Assembly (NCBI RefSeq): GCF_030028105.1
Contig: NC_092401.1
Location: 7,846,984 to 7,910,983, forward strand
DNA from: Mobula birostris
Taxonomy: Eukaryota
Reading direction: 5' to 3'
DNA: 64,000 bases
Shown: positions 61,500-64,000 of the stretch, piece after piece
Layout: every line of letters starts with the position of its first letter
Position numbering within the stretch: the stretch's first letter is position 1
The notes under the pieces: model-generated
The model's input: only the letters and a program-made list of their open reading frames with translations
Database searches by the model: none
Told to the model about the DNA's origin: nothing
Position numbers and translations under genes: made by a program

Positions 61500-61860
61500 A
61501 TGATGAAAGGCATTATAAGGCGATGAGAGGCATTGATCATGTGGATAGTCAGAGGCTTTTTCCCAGGGCTGAAATGGTTGCCACAAGAGGACACAGGTTT
61601 ATGGCTCTGGGGAGTTGGTACAGAGGAGATGTCAGGGGTAAGTTTTTTTTTACTCAGAGAGTGGTGAGCGCGTGGAATGGGCTGCCGGCAACGGTGATGG
61701 AGGCAGATACGATAAGGTCTTTTAAGAGACTTTTGTTTAGCTTAGAAAACTAGAGGGCTATGCGTAAGCCTAGTAATTTCTATGGTAGGGACATGTTCGG
61801 CACAACTTTGTGGGCCGAACGGCTTGTATTGTGCTCTAGGTTTTCTATGTTTCTATGTTT
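61500..61860 (+). mobile_element. CR1 3' end
   Basis: MRGIDHVDSQRLFPRAE...TQRVV; ttctatgtttctatg tail. Confidence 0.8.
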
Positions 61861-61949
61861 CAACTACAGAGTCCAGTCCATAAACCGGAACTCCGGCACC
61901 ATTCTCCGACAGCATCGAGGGTGAAAGAGAGAGACGGTCACACGCAAAC

Positions 61950-62659
61950 AATTTCCTCGGGCGGCAAAGAGCAAGAGGCCGGTAGACTGGGCTGAACATC
62001 TGCAAGATTTGACAAACTTCTGTAGATGTGTAATGGAGAGTGGTGACTGGCTGCATCAATGCCTTTGAATGAGAACATCAATGCCCTTGGACGAGAATCC
62101 TCCAGAAAGTAGTCGATACTTCCCAGTACATCACAGGTAAAGCCGTCCCCACCACTGAGCACATCTACATGAAATGTTGTCACAGGAAAGCAGCATCCAT
62201 CATCCTGGACCTCTAGTAACCAGGACATGCTCTCTTCTCACTGTTGTCATCAGGAAGAAAAGGTACAGGAGCCTCAGGACTCACACCACCATGTTCAGGA
62301 ACTGTTATTACCCCTCAACCATCAGGCTTTTGAACCAGAGGGAATAACTTCACTTGCCCCATCATTGTAATGTAAACACAACCAATGGACTCACTTTCCA
62401 GGACTCTTCATCTCATGTTCTCGATATTTATTGCTTATTTATTTATTACTATTATTACTTCTTTTCTTCTTCTTTTTGTATTTGCACAATTTGCTGTCTT
62501 TTGGTCATCATTTGAACGCCCAAGTTGGTGTAGTCTTCACTGATTCTGTTTTGGTTATTATTCTAATGATGTATTGAGTATGCCCACAAGGAAATGAATC
62601 TCTGGGTTGTACATGTTGTCATATATGTACTTTGATAATAAATTTTACTTTGAACTTTG
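61950..62659 (+). mobile_element. Rex1/Babar-type LINE 3' end
   Basis: C-terminal remnant plus 3' UTR ending aattttactttgaactttg. Its 3' part matches 1180-1499 in inverted orientation. Confidence 0.7.
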
Positions 62660-62741
62660 CTCAACTTTTCCATCTTGGCTGGCCCAGTTAGTCGCTCCTG
62701 TACTAGTCTTGTTTTTCCAGGCGCTTTGGTTTCCTTCCACA

Positions 62742-62985
62742 GTCCAAACAAATACCGATGGTAGAGTCATTCTAAATTGTCCAAACACACACCGGTGGTA
62801 CAGTCATTGTAAATTGTCCAAACACATACTGGTGGTAGAGTCATTCTAAGTTGTCCAAACGCATACTGGTGGTACAGTCATTGTAAATTGTCCAAACACA
62901 CACCGGTGGTACAGTCATTGTAAATTGTCCAAACGCATACTGGTGGTAGAGTCATTGTAAATTGTCCAAACACACACCGGTGCTA
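62742..62985 (+). repeat. Minisatellite, 37 bp x 6 plus a partial unit, inside a SINE
   Basis: Unit gtccaaacacacaccggtggtacagtcattgtaaatt, head to tail from 62742. Confidence 0.95.
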
Positions 62986-63099
62986 GGGTAATTGGTCATT
63001 GTAAATTGTCCCATGATTAGTCTGGAGTTAAATTGGGGGTTGCTGTATGGTGTGGCTCGAAGGCCTTAAAGGACTACTCCACACTGTATCTCAATCAAT

Positions 63100-63940
63100 A
63101 AATATATATACATATTAAACATTTAGATGATAATGTGGTAAAGTAGATCAGCAAATTTGTGGTTGACACCAAGATACTGGACATCACAGTATGCAGTGTG
63201 ATCTGGACCAGTTGGAAAAATGGACTGAGAAGTGGGAGATGGAATTTAATGCAGACAAGTGTGAGGTGTTGCACGTTGGGAGGACAAACCAGAATAGGAC
63301 TTACACAGTGAGGAGTGTACAACAAAGGGATCAGCAAATTATCAGATTGATAATTCCTAGAAAGTGGCATCACAAGTACATGAGGTCGTAAAGTGACCTC
63401 TTGGCTCAATGGCCTTCATAAATCAGAGCACTGAATATAATAGTTTAGATGTAATATTAAAATTGTAGAAGAACCTAGAACATAGACATAGACATCTACA
63501 GCACGTTACAGGCCATTTGGCCCACAATGTTATGCCAACCATTTAACCTAGTCTAGAAACTGCCTAGAATTTCCTACCACATAACCCTCTACTTTTCTAA
63601 GCTCCGTGTACATATCTAAGAGGCTCTTAAAAGACCCTGTTGTATCAGCTTCCACCACGGCCGCTGGCAGTGCATTCCACACACCCATCACTCTGTGTGG
63701 AAAAACTTACCCCTGACAACCCCCCTGTAGCTACTTCCAAGCACCTTAAAACTACGTCCTGTTGTGTTAGCCATTTCAGCCCTGGAGAAAGCCTCTGGAT
63801 GTCCATATGATCAATGCCTCTCACCATCTTATTCACCTCTATCAAGTCACCTCTCATCCTCCACCGCTCCAAGGAGAAAAGGCAAGTTCACTCAATCTAT
63901 TCTCATATGGCATGCTCTCCAATCCAGGCAACATCCTTGT
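63100..63940. mobile_element. Two CR1 fragments, tail to tail
   Basis: Plus RT remnant 63100-63480; minus 3' end 63480-63940. Confidence 0.75.
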
Positions 63941-63944
63941 GAAT

Positions 63945-64000
63945 TGTCATGATCCAGTCCATAAAGCCCACATTCTGGTTCACAGTCCGGTCCGTCGTTA
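63945..64000 (+). mobile_element. LTR 5' end running off the window
   Basis: tgtcatgatccagtcc...tccggtccgtc matches the reverse complement of 2455-2511. Confidence 0.65.

Noticed and set aside
62742-62985. 37-bp repeats as a CRISPR array
   Set aside because: Units are head to tail with no spacers, lie inside a SINE, and the context is eukaryotic with no cas genes.

Overview
Vertebrate genomic DNA, inferred to be from a cartilaginous fish (probably a ray) from its repeat content, and about three-quarters transposon-derived. It holds one complete minus-strand gene that I assembled by hand from 10 exons (60967-25804; every intron is phase 1 and GT-AG). The 874-aa product is a type I membrane ICAM-family adhesion protein: signal peptide, 8 Ig domains, TM helix and cytoplasmic tail. 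The 8 domains arise from an internal tandem duplication of the D2-D3-D4 exon block of a 5-domain ICAM-1-like ancestor. The copies show an identity gradient, and D2/D5 differ mostly at amino-acid-changing sites. The last Ig exon has a weak in-frame donor, an immediate in-frame stop, intronic AATAAA signals and a competing out-of-frame donor, a layout that could switch between membrane and secreted forms. A degenerate paralogue of exon 1 at about 4.6-5.1 kb suggests an ICAM cluster continuing off the left edge. The window also has Penelope-derived termini with minimal type I hammerhead ribozyme motifs, including very short palindromic insertions with 13-15 bp target-site duplications (TSDs). Other repeats: a BovB-like RTE with a 5' inversion, L1, CR1, Rex/Babar, Gypsy (PNMA-type gag), Tc1, a hAT MITE and SINE-derived minisatellites. 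All counts and alignments were done by eye; family assignments rest on recalled motifs, not database searches.
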